A stretch of DNA of 64,000 nt from the human T2T-CHM13v2.0 reference genome, Homo sapiens: NCBI RefSeq assembly GCF_009914755.1, contig NC_060933.1; one strand, written 5' to 3'. A model generated the notes under the pieces. It did no database searches and was not told the DNA's origin. It saw only the letters and a list, made by a program, of their open reading frames with translations. A program made the position numbers and the translations under genes. Every line of letters starts with the position of its first letter. Position 1 is the stretch's first letter. Positions 38,201-55,140 of the stretch are shown here, one piece after another.

Positions 38201-39937
38201 TTATAACTCTTACTGTATACAACCATAACTCTCATTTGAAAACAATGAATACATAATTATAAAATCAGATATATCATAAAATGATTGGTATCAATATGTG
38301 AAAAAAAAATCTTCAATGTTGAAAGTACAAGATTACAAGCCATCTGAAAGTAACTAAACATCAATCAGAGAAAAATGCTCATCATTTTTTGATGAAACCA
38401 AAAGTAAGAGAATTTGGTATTAATCTACTACATCATTGGTAAATTACATATTAATTATTGTGAGAAAGAAATAATTGATGGAATTTAAAGAAAATCAGTT
38501 TTCCTTTATTTTTATTTTTCTACCTAAAAGTATTATAACTAATTAAAATAATGATTTTACAATTATCCCATCAAGTATGTCATCACACTAAAATCCATTG
38601 TATTTAATTTCTCGACTGAGAAATTGTATTCAATTGTATTCAATTTCTCTACTGAAAAATTAATATGAAAGCAATCACATAACATTCAGAAATTAATAAA
38701 TATTTAAAGAAATTAAACAGCATTAGATTTTCTTGTTGTAAAATTTTTTTCTTCTCTCAGTATGGCTTATGTCTCATTGCTTCTATTGAACATAGCACAA
38801 TTCAAGTATTAATACAACGCCTTTATAAAAGTTGTGAATCTCAGAAATGAACAAGCTTACCTCCCTAGTTATTTATTAAAAGTTACAAGTCACTTTTTTT
38901 TTAACTTCCTAATAATCTTAGAGGGGTATATTTTGTGTTTTTTTTGCTATATCTTTTATAAAGAATATCTCTAATGATTTGAAAGTTAGAACCAATTTTC
39001 TGAAGGATTGAGCCTCGCTCCTTGAACTTGTGTGTTTGTGGGTGGCACACTATGTCTTTTGCAGACCCAGTACCTACCCCTTGGTCTAGAACATATTTTC
39101 CTCCACCTGCCTTTTAAGTTTTTATTTCAGCAGGGGTGGGTGGTTTGTGGTTGAACGAAAATAGAACGGGCTACAAAAGCCCTTCCTGTTTGATATTGAA
39201 TCTGCTATTTGAGTCACCCTTACATTATGAACTGACTGTTAATTAACACATTTGATAAGAGAATATCCTGATCTGCTTTGCATGTGAGGCTCTCCCAGTA
39301 ATAAACAAAGAAGCATAATCAAACAATATTTTAATTTCTCTATGCCCTGTTAGAAATTCAGATACAATTCAAGTCATCTTGGAAATTTTAAGTTGCATTC
39401 CGATGTCGTCTCTGTTCTGGCCATTGTGCAATGGGCCTTCAAATGTTGTAGTAGAGGCCAACTGACATTCCATTGTTATTCATTTATACACAGTTATATA
39501 TATGGTGTGTGTATGCAAATATATATATGAATATTCATATATGTGTACATGTGTACATACACACATATGGAGGTAATACAAGTTTGCATTGTTTTTAAAA
39601 ATTTTTTAACCAAATTAACAATGACTCTATTGCATATCTTTATTGGTTATATCACATTTATATAAATAAATTTATATCAGTGAGAATTTTCAAGTAAGTG
39701 AAATTTGAATTGGATTCAGGGTTTTATTTTTTTGAAATTTCCGATTAAAATTACTTGATTTTTTAAATTTTATCTTAAAGTATTCAAGTCCCATTTGTAA
39801 AAAAAAAATAGAGGATAAAAATGAAGTGTGTCTTTATGAGTCACAAATTTTTATTTTACCTTAATAATTGTTAAAATAATATTTTTTCCATGAGGCATTT
39901 TATAATGCCCTCTTTATGTATTCTTTTGGTGATGTAC

Positions 39938-42448
<2,511 letters not shown>

Positions 42449-42553
42449 TTAAAGGCTCAAAATCTCAAATGCAGAAAGAATGACTTTTAAGTATTCTACA
42501 TATTTAAACCATTTATTTTATACAACAATCCCATAGATGCAAAACTACTACTA

Positions 42554-43207
<654 letters not shown>

Positions 43208-43358
43208 GCTAGCTATTATTTCTAATCCTTTGCCATACTCAGGTATAATCTTCCCAAATCCAGAAGTAATTTTATAACTTCAGCTAGTTGCAGGGATAAA
43301 TTATTGAAATATTTTCCTAAAGAAAATACACAAATGAAACCTTAAAAATACAAGGACT

Positions 43359-43654
43359 GGGCTGGGCACGGTGGCTCGCGCCTGTAATTCCAGTACTTTG
43401 GGAGGCCGAGCTGGGTGGATCACCTGAGGTCAGGATTTCGAGACAAGCCTAGCCAACATGGCGAAACGTCGTCTCTACTAAAAATACAAAAATTAGCTGT
43501 GCATGGTGGTGGGCGCCTGTAATCCCAACTACTCGGGAGGCTGAGGCAGGAAAATCGCTTGAACCTGGAGGCGGAGGTTGAAGTGAGGCTAGATCTCACT
43601 GCTGGACTGCAACCTGGGGCAACAGAGCAAAAACTGTCTAAAAAAAAAAAAAAA
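43359..43654 (+). mobile_element. Alu (AluSx-like)
   Basis: 'ggctgggcacggtggctc...gatcacctgaggtcagga' through a poly-A tail. Confidence 0.95.
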
Positions 43655-43935
43655 GGCTGGGCGCGGTGGCTCATGCCCGTGATCCCAGCACTTTGGGAGG
43701 CCAAGGCGGGCAGATCACGCGGTCAGGGGATGGAGACCATCCTGGCTAACACAGTGAAACCCCGTCTCTACTGAAGATGCAAAAAATTAGCGGGGCATGG
43801 TGGCGGATGCCTGTAGTCCCAGCTACTCAGGAAGCTGAGGCAGGAGAATGGTGTGAACCCGGGAGGCAGAGCTTGCAGTGAGCCGAGATCGCACCACGGC
43901 ACTCCAGCCTGGGCGACAGAGGGAGACTCTGTCTC
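43655..43935 (+). mobile_element. Alu (AluY-like) directly abutting the previous Alu tail
   Basis: 'gagaccatcctggctaacacagtg' and 'agcttgcagtgagccgagatcgc'. Confidence 0.93.
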
Positions 43936-43952
43936 AAAAAAAGAAAGAAAAA

Positions 43953-44012
<60 letters not shown>

Positions 44013-44093
44013 AAGAAAGAAAGAAAAGAAAGAAAGAAGGAAAGAAAGAAAGGAAAGAAAGAAAGAAAGAAGGAAAGAAAGAAAGGAAGAAAG
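43936..44093 (+). repeat. Compound (GAAA)n/(GAAG)n microsatellite derived from the Alu tail
   Basis: Directly visible ~160-bp pure polypurine tract. Confidence 0.97.
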
Positions 44094-44299
44094 ATGAAGG
44101 TATAGTAAATTATGAAAAAGAGAGAATAAGCATCTTCAACAAGAAAAATGGAAATAATAAAAACTATACAATTGCAAAACAATAACTCTTGTTAAAATAT
44201 TTTACATGTCATATTGTAAATAATACACCCTCAGTGTATGCAGAAATGATTACATTAGTATAGGAAACAGCTGTGATTGTAGATATATAAACTAGAGTA

Positions 44300-45010
44300 A
44301 TGCGAATCAGAAATAAGTTTATCAACTAGAAGAGAGAAGACATTTTTATTTGAGTAAGTCTACTGTCTATAATTTAAAAATACACAATGGTATTTCTTTC
44401 ATTAAATAGCTTTATTTAAATATAAAAATAAAAGCTTATACATAGGCCAGAAGAAATATTGCTGGTTTATAATAAGGTTCATAGGAACTAAAACAGGGTA
44501 ATTAGATAAGACGGTGTGTAAATAATTATGTTATTTTAGTAAAAATATCCAACACTGTACCTTTCAAATAAAAATATAGTTTTTTAAAGGTCAACAAAAA
44601 GTTTTTGTGCTTCAAATTTTAACATTTATCCTCCAAGTGAAATTACTATAAGAAGAAACAACTAACCTATAAATAAATAATCTACTTTTTGGAAAAGTTA
44701 ACAAACCTCTCTACACACAATATAATTAAGAAAGATAATAAGAAACATATATAATTTCAAGATTTTCAATTTTTTTTTTACTAAGCCAGAGAAGATAAAT
44801 GAGTTAATCATTCATGTCAGTAAGTAAATACAGGATCAAAAAACATACCTAATGGAAGGAAATTAATAACAGAAAAGTAAAAATTATAATCTAGAAAATG
44901 AAAGATATAAATCGATTCATAAATGGATAAGACTTTTAAGACTTTTTTTGAAGAAATCATTTGAAACTAGAATAAGCAAGAGGAATAGATCAAAACAAAA
45001 AGGAAAACAG
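44300..45010 (+). mobile_element. Ancient L1M ORF2-region relic
   Basis: A-rich strand bias and motifs such as 'aggaaattaataacagaaaagt' and 'tttttgaagaaatc' resembling degenerate L1 ORF2. Confidence 0.4.
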
Positions 45011-45521
45011 TGAAGGTGATATACACATCCTCTTACTGAAAATTAATTTTAAAGAACTGCTTTGTAAACACTAAAATTCAGAGTCATCAATGTGTCTGGA
45101 TATGGATTCATTTTTATTTCTTCTGCTCAGCACTTGTTTTATACTTTAAATTAGAGTCCTCAAGTCTTTCCTCTGCAATGGAAATTTTATGGCATCATGT
45201 CAAGTATACAAATAGTGAAGGCATTGCCAGTGTTTTCTTGTGTATAAGTATTCTCTACCATTAGAATGGAAACGTCATCAAAGTGGGCCCTTAGTGAGAG
45301 TTTGCTGAGTGGATGAATACTGTCCTTAAATATGGCTTCTCCATTCTCTTTGGACTCCTTTTGGAACTCCTATCATACATGTATTGGGGACTTTCTTGAC
45401 TGGTCTTTCTGACTTTTAAATCCTTTTATCTGGATAAATTCATCATTATCTCCCAATTGACTAATTCTTTGTGTTTATTGCATTTACACTTTTTTTTATA
45501 TATAATTTTCATTTCTAGAGC

Positions 45522-46841
45522 TTTTATTTTTTTTTTCCTTTTTTGAGATGGAGTCTTGCTCTGTCACCCAGGCTGAAGTGCAGTGGCATGATCTCAGTTC
45601 ACTGCAACCTCCTACTCCTGGGTTCAAGTGACTCTCCTCCTGCCTCAGCCTCCTCTCCTGCTTCAGCCTCCTGAGTGGCTGGAATTACAGGCATGCGCAC
45701 CACACTCGGCTAATTTTTGAATTTTTAGTAGAGACGGGGTTTCATTATGTTGGTCAGCCTGGTCTAGAACTCCTGATATCATGATCTACCCGCCTCAGCC
45801 TACCAAAGTGCTGGGATTACACGTCTGAGCCACCACGCCTGGCTGCTTTTAATTTTTTATATCAATCTTTACTTTGTTCTTTTTTGCCTGCTTTTTTTTT
45901 TTCCCCAGAGTCTTACTCTGTTGCCCCGGCCAGAGTGCAATGGCATCATCTCTGCTCACTGCAATCCCCCAGGGTTCTATCAATTCTCTTACCTCAGCCT
46001 CTGGAGTAGCTGGGATTGCAGGCACCCGCCACCATTCCCAGCTATGGTTTCACCATGTTGGCCAGGTTGGTCTTGAAGTCCTGACCTCAGGTGATCCACC
46101 CACCTTGGCCTCCCAAAGTGTTAGGATTACAGGTGTAAGCCACTACGCCTGGCCTTTTGCCTGTTTTTATTTATATTTTTTCTTTTCTTTTTTTTTTTTT
46201 TTTTTGAGATGGAGTCTAGCTCTGTCGCCCAGGCTGGCGTGCAGTGGCGTGATCTCAGCTCACTGCCAGCTCTGCCTCCCAGGTTCACGCCATTCTCCTG
46301 CCCCAGCCTCCCGAGTAGCTGCGACTACAGTTGCCCGCCACCATGCTGGGCTAATTTTTTTGTATTTTTAGTAGAGAGAGGGTTTCACTGTGTTAGCCAG
46401 GATGGTCTTCATCTCCTGACCTCGTGATCCACCCAACTCGTCCTCCCAAAGTGCTGGAATTACAGGAGTGAGCCACCACATTCGGTGTCTGTTTTTATTT
46501 TTAAGTCTTCTATTCTTTTTGATGAATTTTATTCTTTTTTTTTTTTTTTTTTTTTTTTTTTGGCAGAGGCTCACTCTGTTGCCCAGGTTGGAGTACAGTG
46601 ATGCCATCTTGGCTCACTACAAAGTCCGCCTCCTGAGGTCAAGCAATTCTTCTGCCTCAGCTTCTTGAGTAGCTGGGAGTACATGCACCCACCACCGTAC
46701 CCTGCTAATTTTTGAATTTTTAGTAGAGATGGGGTTTCATGGTGTTTGCCAGGCTGGTCTTGAACTCCTGACCTCAGATGATTTACCCATCTCAGCCTCC
46801 CAAGGTGCTGGGATTACAGGCGTGAGCCACCATGCCTGGCC
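45522..46841 (-). mobile_element. Cluster of four tandem Alus (~45522-45843, 45892-46154, 46177-46486 AluY-like, 46535-46841)
   Basis: Four successive polyT + Alu bodies. The first has an internal duplication of 'ctcctgcctcagcctc'; the second lacks the middle linker. Confidence 0.95.
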
Positions 46842-47609
46842 CTGGATGTTTTCTTCTTAAAAAGCCAGTTGAGAATTCTAAGTGTACTCACTTAAAAGGA
46901 AAATTTAGTTTGCTATAATATTTCTCATATTTGCTGTGGTGAATTCATCTCTAGGAGGTTTCTTTGTATAATTATTTCATTATCTCTCTAATAGTTAATT
47001 CTCCACATGTTTTGTAATATTTTTTCACACTCACCTTGAATGAGAAGTTCTCTACATGTCATAGTCATATAACAAACAGAATTCACCCTCCTTCACCACT
47101 AATCACACTTCTGTATATTCAATAAAATGTGCATTTCTTCATGGATACTCTTTGAATCATCTAAATGGAGACTCTTTATAGAAATATTGAATCATTAATT
47201 CTTCCATCTACTGTACTCCTTTCCAACATACTGTCTTACTGATTTTTCACTTTTTCCTATTTATATCCATTTTGTTCTACTAACCCGTCTGTCATTGGCC
47301 TTCTTCTATAGCCAACCTCAAATTTCAGTTCACATTAGCTGTGAACAGCACTCAAATTGCTGCTGTATTCTTAAAATATAAATTTACTTCATAAAGCAAA
47401 AGTGAATTATATGCATGTTACAAAAAATATTCCTAGCAGAGATAAGATGGGATGGTATTTGCTGGGATGTGCAGCATCGTTTTTTCCAAATTAATTTCTC
47501 TCAGAATTCTCTCCTCCCTACTGCCAGGCAGAGCTCACCACTCACATGTCATGAATGACATTTTTAGTCATTTTTCATCATATCTGATCATATGACTTGA
47601 ATTAATGTT

Positions 47610-48010
47610 TAGATCTGCTAAGGGCAAACACCACCATGGAATTAAATTTGCAAGAGGGAGGAAGGAGGAAGCAGGAGAAGGTGGGTAGAGTCTTCAGACT
47701 AGGGTGCAGATCTTACACCTGTAGAGGGAAAGAGGGAAGGAAGGCTGGTTGGGGTAGAAAGAGACTGCAGCATGGTTCCAAGAATGCTTTGGCCTAGGTC
47801 ACTGCAGACTCCTTAAATTAAAGTTACTCATTGGAGACTCTCACAACTCACTGGAAACGTCCTCACATACAATCCCCATGTAGCTCTATGACTGTTGGAA
47901 ACATGACTGCTGCACAAGTGTAGAAGTGCTTCCAGAGACAGAGGGCTAAAGCCAGGCTGTCGCTGACTTATGCTGTCTGATTCAGGATATCTGCATTGCA
48001 AATTTCCTTG
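47610..48010 (-). mobile_element. ERVL-type LTR (LTR16-like)
   Basis: 'gaggaagcaggagaaggtgggtagagtcttcagactagggtgcagatctt' resembles LTR16-family sequence and lies immediately 3' of the ERVL internal remnant. Confidence 0.5.
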
Positions 48011-48019
48011 GTCATTAAA

Positions 48020-48271
48020 ATCCATTACCCTCACCTCCTAACCCCACCACAGCACACACATATTTGTCCAAACAGGTTCTTCATACCAGCTCTTCCAAGA
48101 TTCCCATGATCCTCTCTTTTCCAAGGGGAATCTTAGAAAAGGAAGGTTAATGAGACCAACTCTAGCCCATGCTATAGCAGTTGGTCTCAGAACTGCCTTT
48201 GAATGCCCAGTTGTGTGAGGGGGAGAGAAAGAGAGAGAGAGTAAGGGAGTGGGGAGTGTGTGTGAGTGTGA

Positions 48272-48312
<41 letters not shown>

Positions 48313-50160
48313 ATTATCTCTGCTTCTTTTGTAGAAAAGTATCCCTACCTCCTCCTGCTAATCAGGGTGTATTCATCCTGCCCCAGTGGTGACGTATTTC
48401 TTGTCCTTTGGTTACTGGACCTAAGGAATCTAAAGCACCCAACAGATAACCTTCTTTAGAGAGCAGGACTTGCCTGCCTTCCAGATCCCAGAGCTGCAGT
48501 GATGAGAAGCACAGGAAAACCTGAGAAGATTATTGGGAGCATTTGTAATTAGGGACATTCCTGTTTCTACCTCTTGTTTTCTGAACCTGTAGATTCTTCC
48601 TATGGAAGAAGAACTACTATATAAAGATCTGTGATAGAATATGTATAAAAGATGGTGCCCCCTGCATTCAGAATGTCTCCTTTAGCATAGTGCATCAGTT
48701 GCATCTTTAGAGTGTTTCTCCAGGGCTCCATGAGTCTAGCTGCTTCTTGAAGAGTGTATGTAATACAAATAGTAGATTACATGGTCATGGACCCACTTCT
48801 GCCCATCCTTTGCTGTGAACAAGAAACCCTGGTCAGATGCTATACCATGTGGGATTTTATGCCTGTGGATCAGGAATTCTGGAAGCCTCAGAAAAGTGGT
48901 CCTGGCTCAGGCTCTGTGAACAGAAGTGCCAAAACCAGCCCTGGAATAAGGATATATCCCTCTGAGGATGAAAAGGTGGTCATTCAAGGTCAAAAGACTT
49001 GCCATATAAGAGTCTCATTATTGATTTATGCTGTTGAAAAGTAGGACAGTCAGAGGCAGCAGTAGTTAGATAAACCTTGATACATAGAAGTCCAGGCTGT
49101 GGGGCCCATATGTATCGTCCAACTCTGCCAACATGGTCATATGAGTGATTGCATATGTGTGACTGTTGTTCTTGTTGTGGGAAAGCCAATCTCCAAGGCT
49201 GGCAGCTTGTTAAGTCATTTTGTCTGATTGGTTATTGAGTGCCTCTTCTGTGGTGAGTGCTTTCTTGTGAGTGTTAACGTGCAATACAAGATTCTTTACA
49301 CTCCGTGCCTGCTCCTGCATGTCCACTCATATGCCTCTAACCCAGCTTCCTTGTCTCAGATATTTCAGTTCTTTTCTGTCTAAGCCTCTGCCCAGATGAT
49401 TCACCCACTGACTACGGCAAAGAAATCTGTTTATATTCCTGCCTTAGGTCATGCTTCTTCTATGTAAAGTAGATGGCCAGGGCCACTGCTCCCAGTGCTG
49501 CTAATAGGGAATATTTTAATTTCCTTCTGTCTTTCAGAGTCATTCTTGCATTGGGCTGCAATGCAACTACACCTTTAAACAGAGATTGCCCCTTTCTCCC
49601 TCCTTCAGATGGCCACAGGGACACAAATGCAGGCACAGGTGTGAGCTGAAGGAAGGTTGCTGGTGCAAACATGGTGGGTGACATGAGGATCTGGGTTACC
49701 TGCTATTCAACTTATCCACTTGCTCTCATCTTGCTTGGCCTTTGTCTCATACTTACTATTTCCACCTCATGATGAACTACTTCTTTTCCCTTCTGGTGTC
49801 ATGACTTGGTGGTTCCAATAGAACTCAGCCTGCAAGAGGTAGCACCAGAAGCATGGTAACTTATCAAGCACAGCATCTCTCCTAGGTCCAACATATAATT
49901 CTCTGCTATAGAGGGCATGGCTTTGTTTCAGAATCCCAGGAGCTGGTGTTGTAATTCTTTTACTGAGAATTGCCATGTGTGCCACACTGTGACCACCATT
50001 GACACCTGCAAGAATACAGGTCCTGCAAGATCATATGACCCAAGCTGCAGGGCTGTTCACAATGGAGCCTGGACATGCTGTGGAGCCCTGTCCTGCCCTG
50101 CACTCTTCAAACCCTGTGGTCTTCCTATCTCCCTGACTTGTCTTGTGGCTTACTTGTGTT
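48020..50160 (-). mobile_element. ERVL internal region: degenerate pol (connection, RNase H, integrase) followed by dUTPase
   Basis: Minus-strand translations: ~48780-48880 'LIHRHKIPHGIASDQGFLFTAKDGQKWVHD' (integrase core); ORF 49460..49684 'VALQPNARMTLKD...AALGAVALAIYF' (RNase H-like); ~50030-50100 'RALQHVQA...ALQLGSYD'-like (connection); ~48330-48395 'AG*IHPD*QEEVGIL' (dUTPase motif 3). Confidence 0.82.
48255..48311. repeat. (GT)n(GA)n compound microsatellite within the ERVL remnant
   Basis: Directly visible. Confidence 0.95.
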
Positions 50161-50328
50161 ATGTTGCTTAGGGTTTCTTGAGTTTTATGAGTTTGTATTT
50201 TTATAACTGTATAGATACAGATGGATAGATATAGATATGGTCAAAGAGGAAGAGTAAGAGAGAAAGAAAAATAATTTTACAAAAGACTTTACTGGACATG
50301 TAGAAAAAAAATCAAAGTCCACCTCTAT

Positions 50329-50603
50329 TTCCAGCACTTTGGAAGGCCAAGGTGGGTGAATCACAAGGTCAGGAGATTGAGACAATCCTGGCTAACACGG
50401 TGAAACCCCATCTCTACTAAAAATATACAAAAAAATTAGCCAGGCGTGGTGGTGGGAGCCTGTAGTCCCAGCTACTCAGGAGCCTGAGGCAGGAGAATGG
50501 CGTGAACCCAGGAGGCAGAGCTTGCAGTGAGCCGAGATCTTGCCACTGCACTCCAGCCTGGGTGACAGAGCGAGAATCCATCTCCAAAAAAAAAAAAAAA
50601 AAA
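50329..50603 (+). mobile_element. Alu (AluY-like), first ~30 bp missing
   Basis: Begins at 'ccagcactttgg'; contains 'atcctggctaacacggtgaaac' and 'gagaatggcgtgaaccca'. Confidence 0.92.
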
Positions 50604-50609
50604 ATCAAA

Positions 50610-51385
50610 CTCCATAGTGAGAAGTCAAACAACACAATAACAAAATGGGCAAGAGATTTGAGTAGATGACAATAACCAAAGATATATGAATGATTGATAA
50701 ACACTGAAAAATGCATCATTAACCACCTGGGAATGGAACTTAAAAATCAAAATGCAATAACACTGCACAGAAACTATAATGGATCCAAAAAAATGTCAAT
50801 TCTGAATGTTTGAGAGGACATACAACACCCTGAATTGTCATATTTAGGTGGGAGTATAAAGTGGATAATCAGTTTGGATTGCAGTTTGGCAGTTAAACAT
50901 ACACTTACAATTTGACCTAGAATATTCCATTCTTACTTACTCAAGAGAAATGAAAACATGTGCATACAAATGAACATAGCAGCTTTACTTGTAATAATCA
51001 AGGAATAGAAACATTTGTAAATGGTTCACCAACAGGCTAAAGGATAAACATATTGTAGTATTTCCATACAATAGAATAAAATAGAAAGAACCACTGATTT
51101 TGCAACATAGGTGATCCTAAAATATATTGAGAGAATGAAACAACAGTAGGCATATTATAAAAGTTTATTATTACAAAATTCTAGAAACTGAATTTATAGT
51201 GGTAGGTTGCAGATCAATGGCTGCTTGGAGCCAGAGGTTTTGGTAAGGAGTACAAGAGAACTTTTGAGGTGATAGACAGCTTCAATATCTTCATTGGTGA
51301 TAGCCACATAACTTTATATGTTTGTACTTAATTTGGATGTATTTTATTGTATTGAAAGTAAACCTCAGTTAAGTTGACTTTTAAA
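50610..51385 (+). mobile_element. Old L1M (L1MC/ME-like) 3' end
   Basis: 'aaaatgggcaagagatttga', 'caagagaaatgaaaacatgtgcatac', 'catagcagctttacttgtaata', terminal 'aaacctcagttaagttgactttt'. Confidence 0.75.
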
Positions 51386-52204
51386 ATTTATTAGATTCTA
51401 AAACATTAATTTGCTTCCATCCATTATATGTATTCACAAATCCTACAATAGTATGTTCTGGAAGACCTGTAATAGACACAGTAACTGGCATATTCATAAA
51501 GGAAATTTCCTTATGTAGGATAGTTTTTAGGGGAAATGCCTGAAACAAAAAAATCTGCATCTGCTTATCATAATTCGCTGCATAAAAGATCTAAATGTGT
51601 AACTGGCAATCAGCTTTAGCTTTGATTGTCTTTCATAGCAGCATGGATCAATTATGTTTACCCAGTTGGCTATTTCTCCATGCTAAACTCATATTGCATA
51701 CATGCCTCTGAAATTCCAGTCATGTATAGTCTATAATATATACCTATATTACACAATTTGTATACTTTTCCACTTTAAAGGGGGGATTTATACCTGCAAA
51801 GGGACTTGACCTACAAGTATCATCCAATTCTGTTCCAAATTTTGGATACTATGACTCTATCCTGGAAATGATTCAGTAGTTTTGTTTCATTTGACTCTTC
51901 CTACAGACATAATGTGTTGAAGTAAACCTATTTTTTATGTTTGGAAAGTAGCCTTTTGATGGGTGTTTTCTAGCTTTTGGAAAACATGTACTCGAAGCAG
52001 AAGTAACTAGTTGTTGAGGGAATAGAACCACAACATTTCTGACCTAGGCAAATTGAAACCTTGTCATCCTTGATGACAAACATGACATGACACATGATTG
52101 CCTTTTTCAGGGAGTTCTTATGTAAAAGATTTTATCCCCAACTAGTTGGTATCATTCAAATCAAATTTTATAATTTTACTCTGTATTAGGAAGCAGTTTT
52201 ATAA

Positions 52205-52335
52205 TGTCCAAAGCATCTTTATGCATATTTTTTCTCAAATAAATCCTACAGCAACTGTGTGAGATACTCAAAGGTGAGAATATTATCCCCATTTTACAAC
52301 TGAGCAAGCAGACTTCAAGATTTGTTAACTTTTTA
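52205..52335 (-). mobile_element. MIR fragment
   Basis: 'aatcctacagcaactgtgtgagat...tattatccccattttacaactgag'. Confidence 0.65.
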
Positions 52336-53609
52336 GAGCTGAAGTTTAGTCCACTATTTTATGTTATCAACCTTTGATTTGCTGTGCTATACCCAACAAT
52401 TTAGAAAAGAATTTACCCAAGATTGTAACATATAATACAATTAATTTATTTTTTTTCTCTCCGCTTGAAAACAGAAACAGTGGTGATTATGGAGTATCTA
52501 CTGATTATTTTGCTGGGACAAGTTGATGTCACTAAATTTATAAACTGAACTGAACTGATAACCTCAGTTACTTTGCCAAAATTCCTTCTTTTAATATTAC
52601 ATAAACTGTAGAATGCAGAAGAGGTACTTTTAATTTCTAATTATTTAAGTAGAGAAAGACTCAACACTTCCTTTTAGGCTCACACATAAAATTTCTGGTT
52701 GATACATCACCAGCGATTGTGTTTCAGCATGTATGTAAATGCAGCTTTCTGAATAGGCAAACTTACAGGAAATATGGAATATCATTGTATTTACATACAG
52801 CAGTATCTCAGACATCATTCCAAAAACTAAAGGACAATGAGGAAATATTTCCAAAAGCCATATTACAGTGCTTTGGGGGAGGTAAAAGAGAGAATGCTGC
52901 AATATGTTTTCCTGTTTGACTGACTCAAGCTACATTCTAGGAGATATTTTAAAAAGTGAATAAAATCTCTATGTCATAGTCAAAAGATGTAAGGCAAACC
53001 ACAATTATCCAAGGAAATCTGAAATGAATATTACTAAATACAACCTTCTGGATTTGGTTTTACTTACCTAGTATGTTGACTATGTCTGCTTATGGTTTTC
53101 TTACTTATGCCTACCTACACCATCTTTTAATCAAATGTGCCGATAAAATTTCTAAGTGCAGAATTTCCTTTGCTTGACACAAACACTTTGTTCTACTGTG
53201 AATCAACTTCTGGGGCTTTCTATTGTATGGATGTCTACAAAGGGATGTGCTGTAACTCAAGTATAAGCAGATGGTTCTTTCATTGTTGTAAATCAAATTG
53301 GTATAACCTGTGACTGGGTTCGATGTGGCCCCAGTTTCCTGAGGCCTGTGAAAATTGCTAGGTTGCTCATTTTCATTTTTTCTTATCACCTTAACTGGAG
53401 TTGGAGGCCCTTGCAAGTCCAGGACAATGACGTCTTAGGCAACCTCAGTTGTCTAGTGTGACTTAATAAGCCTGATGTATGTAGTAGAACCAATCTTTTC
53501 TTTTATATATAATGCCATTTTAAGTGATGTGAACCTTATTCTCTAGGTTACAGGTATTGGATTACTTTCGTTCTTTATTATAATAAGCAAGGTGTTAATT
53601 TGTTGTTGT

Positions 53610-53897
53610 TGTTGTTTTTTGGAGACAGAGGCTCGCTCTATCGTCCAGGCTGGAGTGCAGTGGCGTGATCTTGACTCACTACAAGCTCCACCTCCCGGGT
53701 TCACGCCATTCTCCTGCCTCAACCTCCTGAGTAGCTGGGATTACAGGCACCTGCCACCATGCCCGGCTAATTTTTTGTATTTTTAGTGGAGACAGGCTTT
53801 CACCCTGTTAGCCAGGATGATCTCCTGATCTCATGATCCGCCCGCCTCAGCCTCCCAAAGTGCTGGGATTATAGGCGTGAACCACCATGCCCTGACC
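53610..53897 (-). mobile_element. Alu (AluY-like) with (TTG)n tail
   Basis: 'caagctccacctcccgggttcacgccattctcc'; taatttg on both flanks. Confidence 0.93.
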
Positions 53898-54268
53898 GCT
53901 AATTTGATTTTTTAACTCCTAAATTCTACTATTTTCCTTACTCGCTTTCTAATGAAAATTGATGGAGGAAATAAACTGAAAATATCACAGTTCTAAACAT
54001 TCCACTATTTTGGGATTCTAAAATTATTGGCTTTCGGTGTTCACTGATTCATGTCGGATTTTTAGTAGCATAATCAAACCTTTTTTTGGCAATGGTATAG
54101 AGTGCAAAATGCAAAGCCATTTGCCATGGTGTAGATGCTCACAGTATGCCCCTGCGTCTAAAGAGATACTATTCTTCAACATAAATCAGACATATAGAAA
54201 ATACTTACAGCACAGAAAATATGAACTATGGCATAGAAATACATTAAATTAGCTAAATGACATCCCTA

Positions 54269-54613
<345 letters not shown>

Positions 54614-54717
54614 TTAATTTTTTCCTATAATCTCCTGGGACAAATAAATGTTTTCAACAGTTGCGCTTAACAAACTGAAGAACTGGAAGGAGAAACATTA
54701 TTAATAATTACTTCCAG

Positions 54718-55140
54718 AGTGGGGCATGGCTCACATCTGTAATCCCAGCACTTTGGGAGGCCGAGGTGGGCTCATCACGAGGTTAAGAGATCGAGACCAT
54801 CCTTGCTAACACGGTGAAAAGCCGCCTCTACTAAAAATACAAAAAATTAGCCGGGCATGGTGGCGGGCGCCTGTGGTCCCAGCTACTTGGGAGGCTGAGG
54901 CAAGAGAATCGCTTGAGGAAGCCCGGCCAACATGGCTAAACCCCATCTCTACTAAAACTACAAAAATTAGCTGGGCATGTTGGGGCATGTCTGTAATCCT
55001 AGCTACTCCCAGAGGCTGAGACAAGAGAATCCCTTCATCCTGGGAGGCGGAAGTTACAGCAAGCTGAGATCACACCACTCCACTCCAGCCTGCTCTACAG
55101 AACAAGACTCCGTCTCTAAAAAAAAAAAAAAAAAAAAAAA
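54718..55140 (+). mobile_element. Chimeric ~420-bp Alu with two linkers (left arm, partial right arm, partial left arm, right arm)
   Basis: Linker 'ctactaaaa-tacaaaaattag' occurs at ~54828 and ~54949; junction 'gagaatcgcttgagg|aagcccggccaacatgg' at ~54918. Confidence 0.88.
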
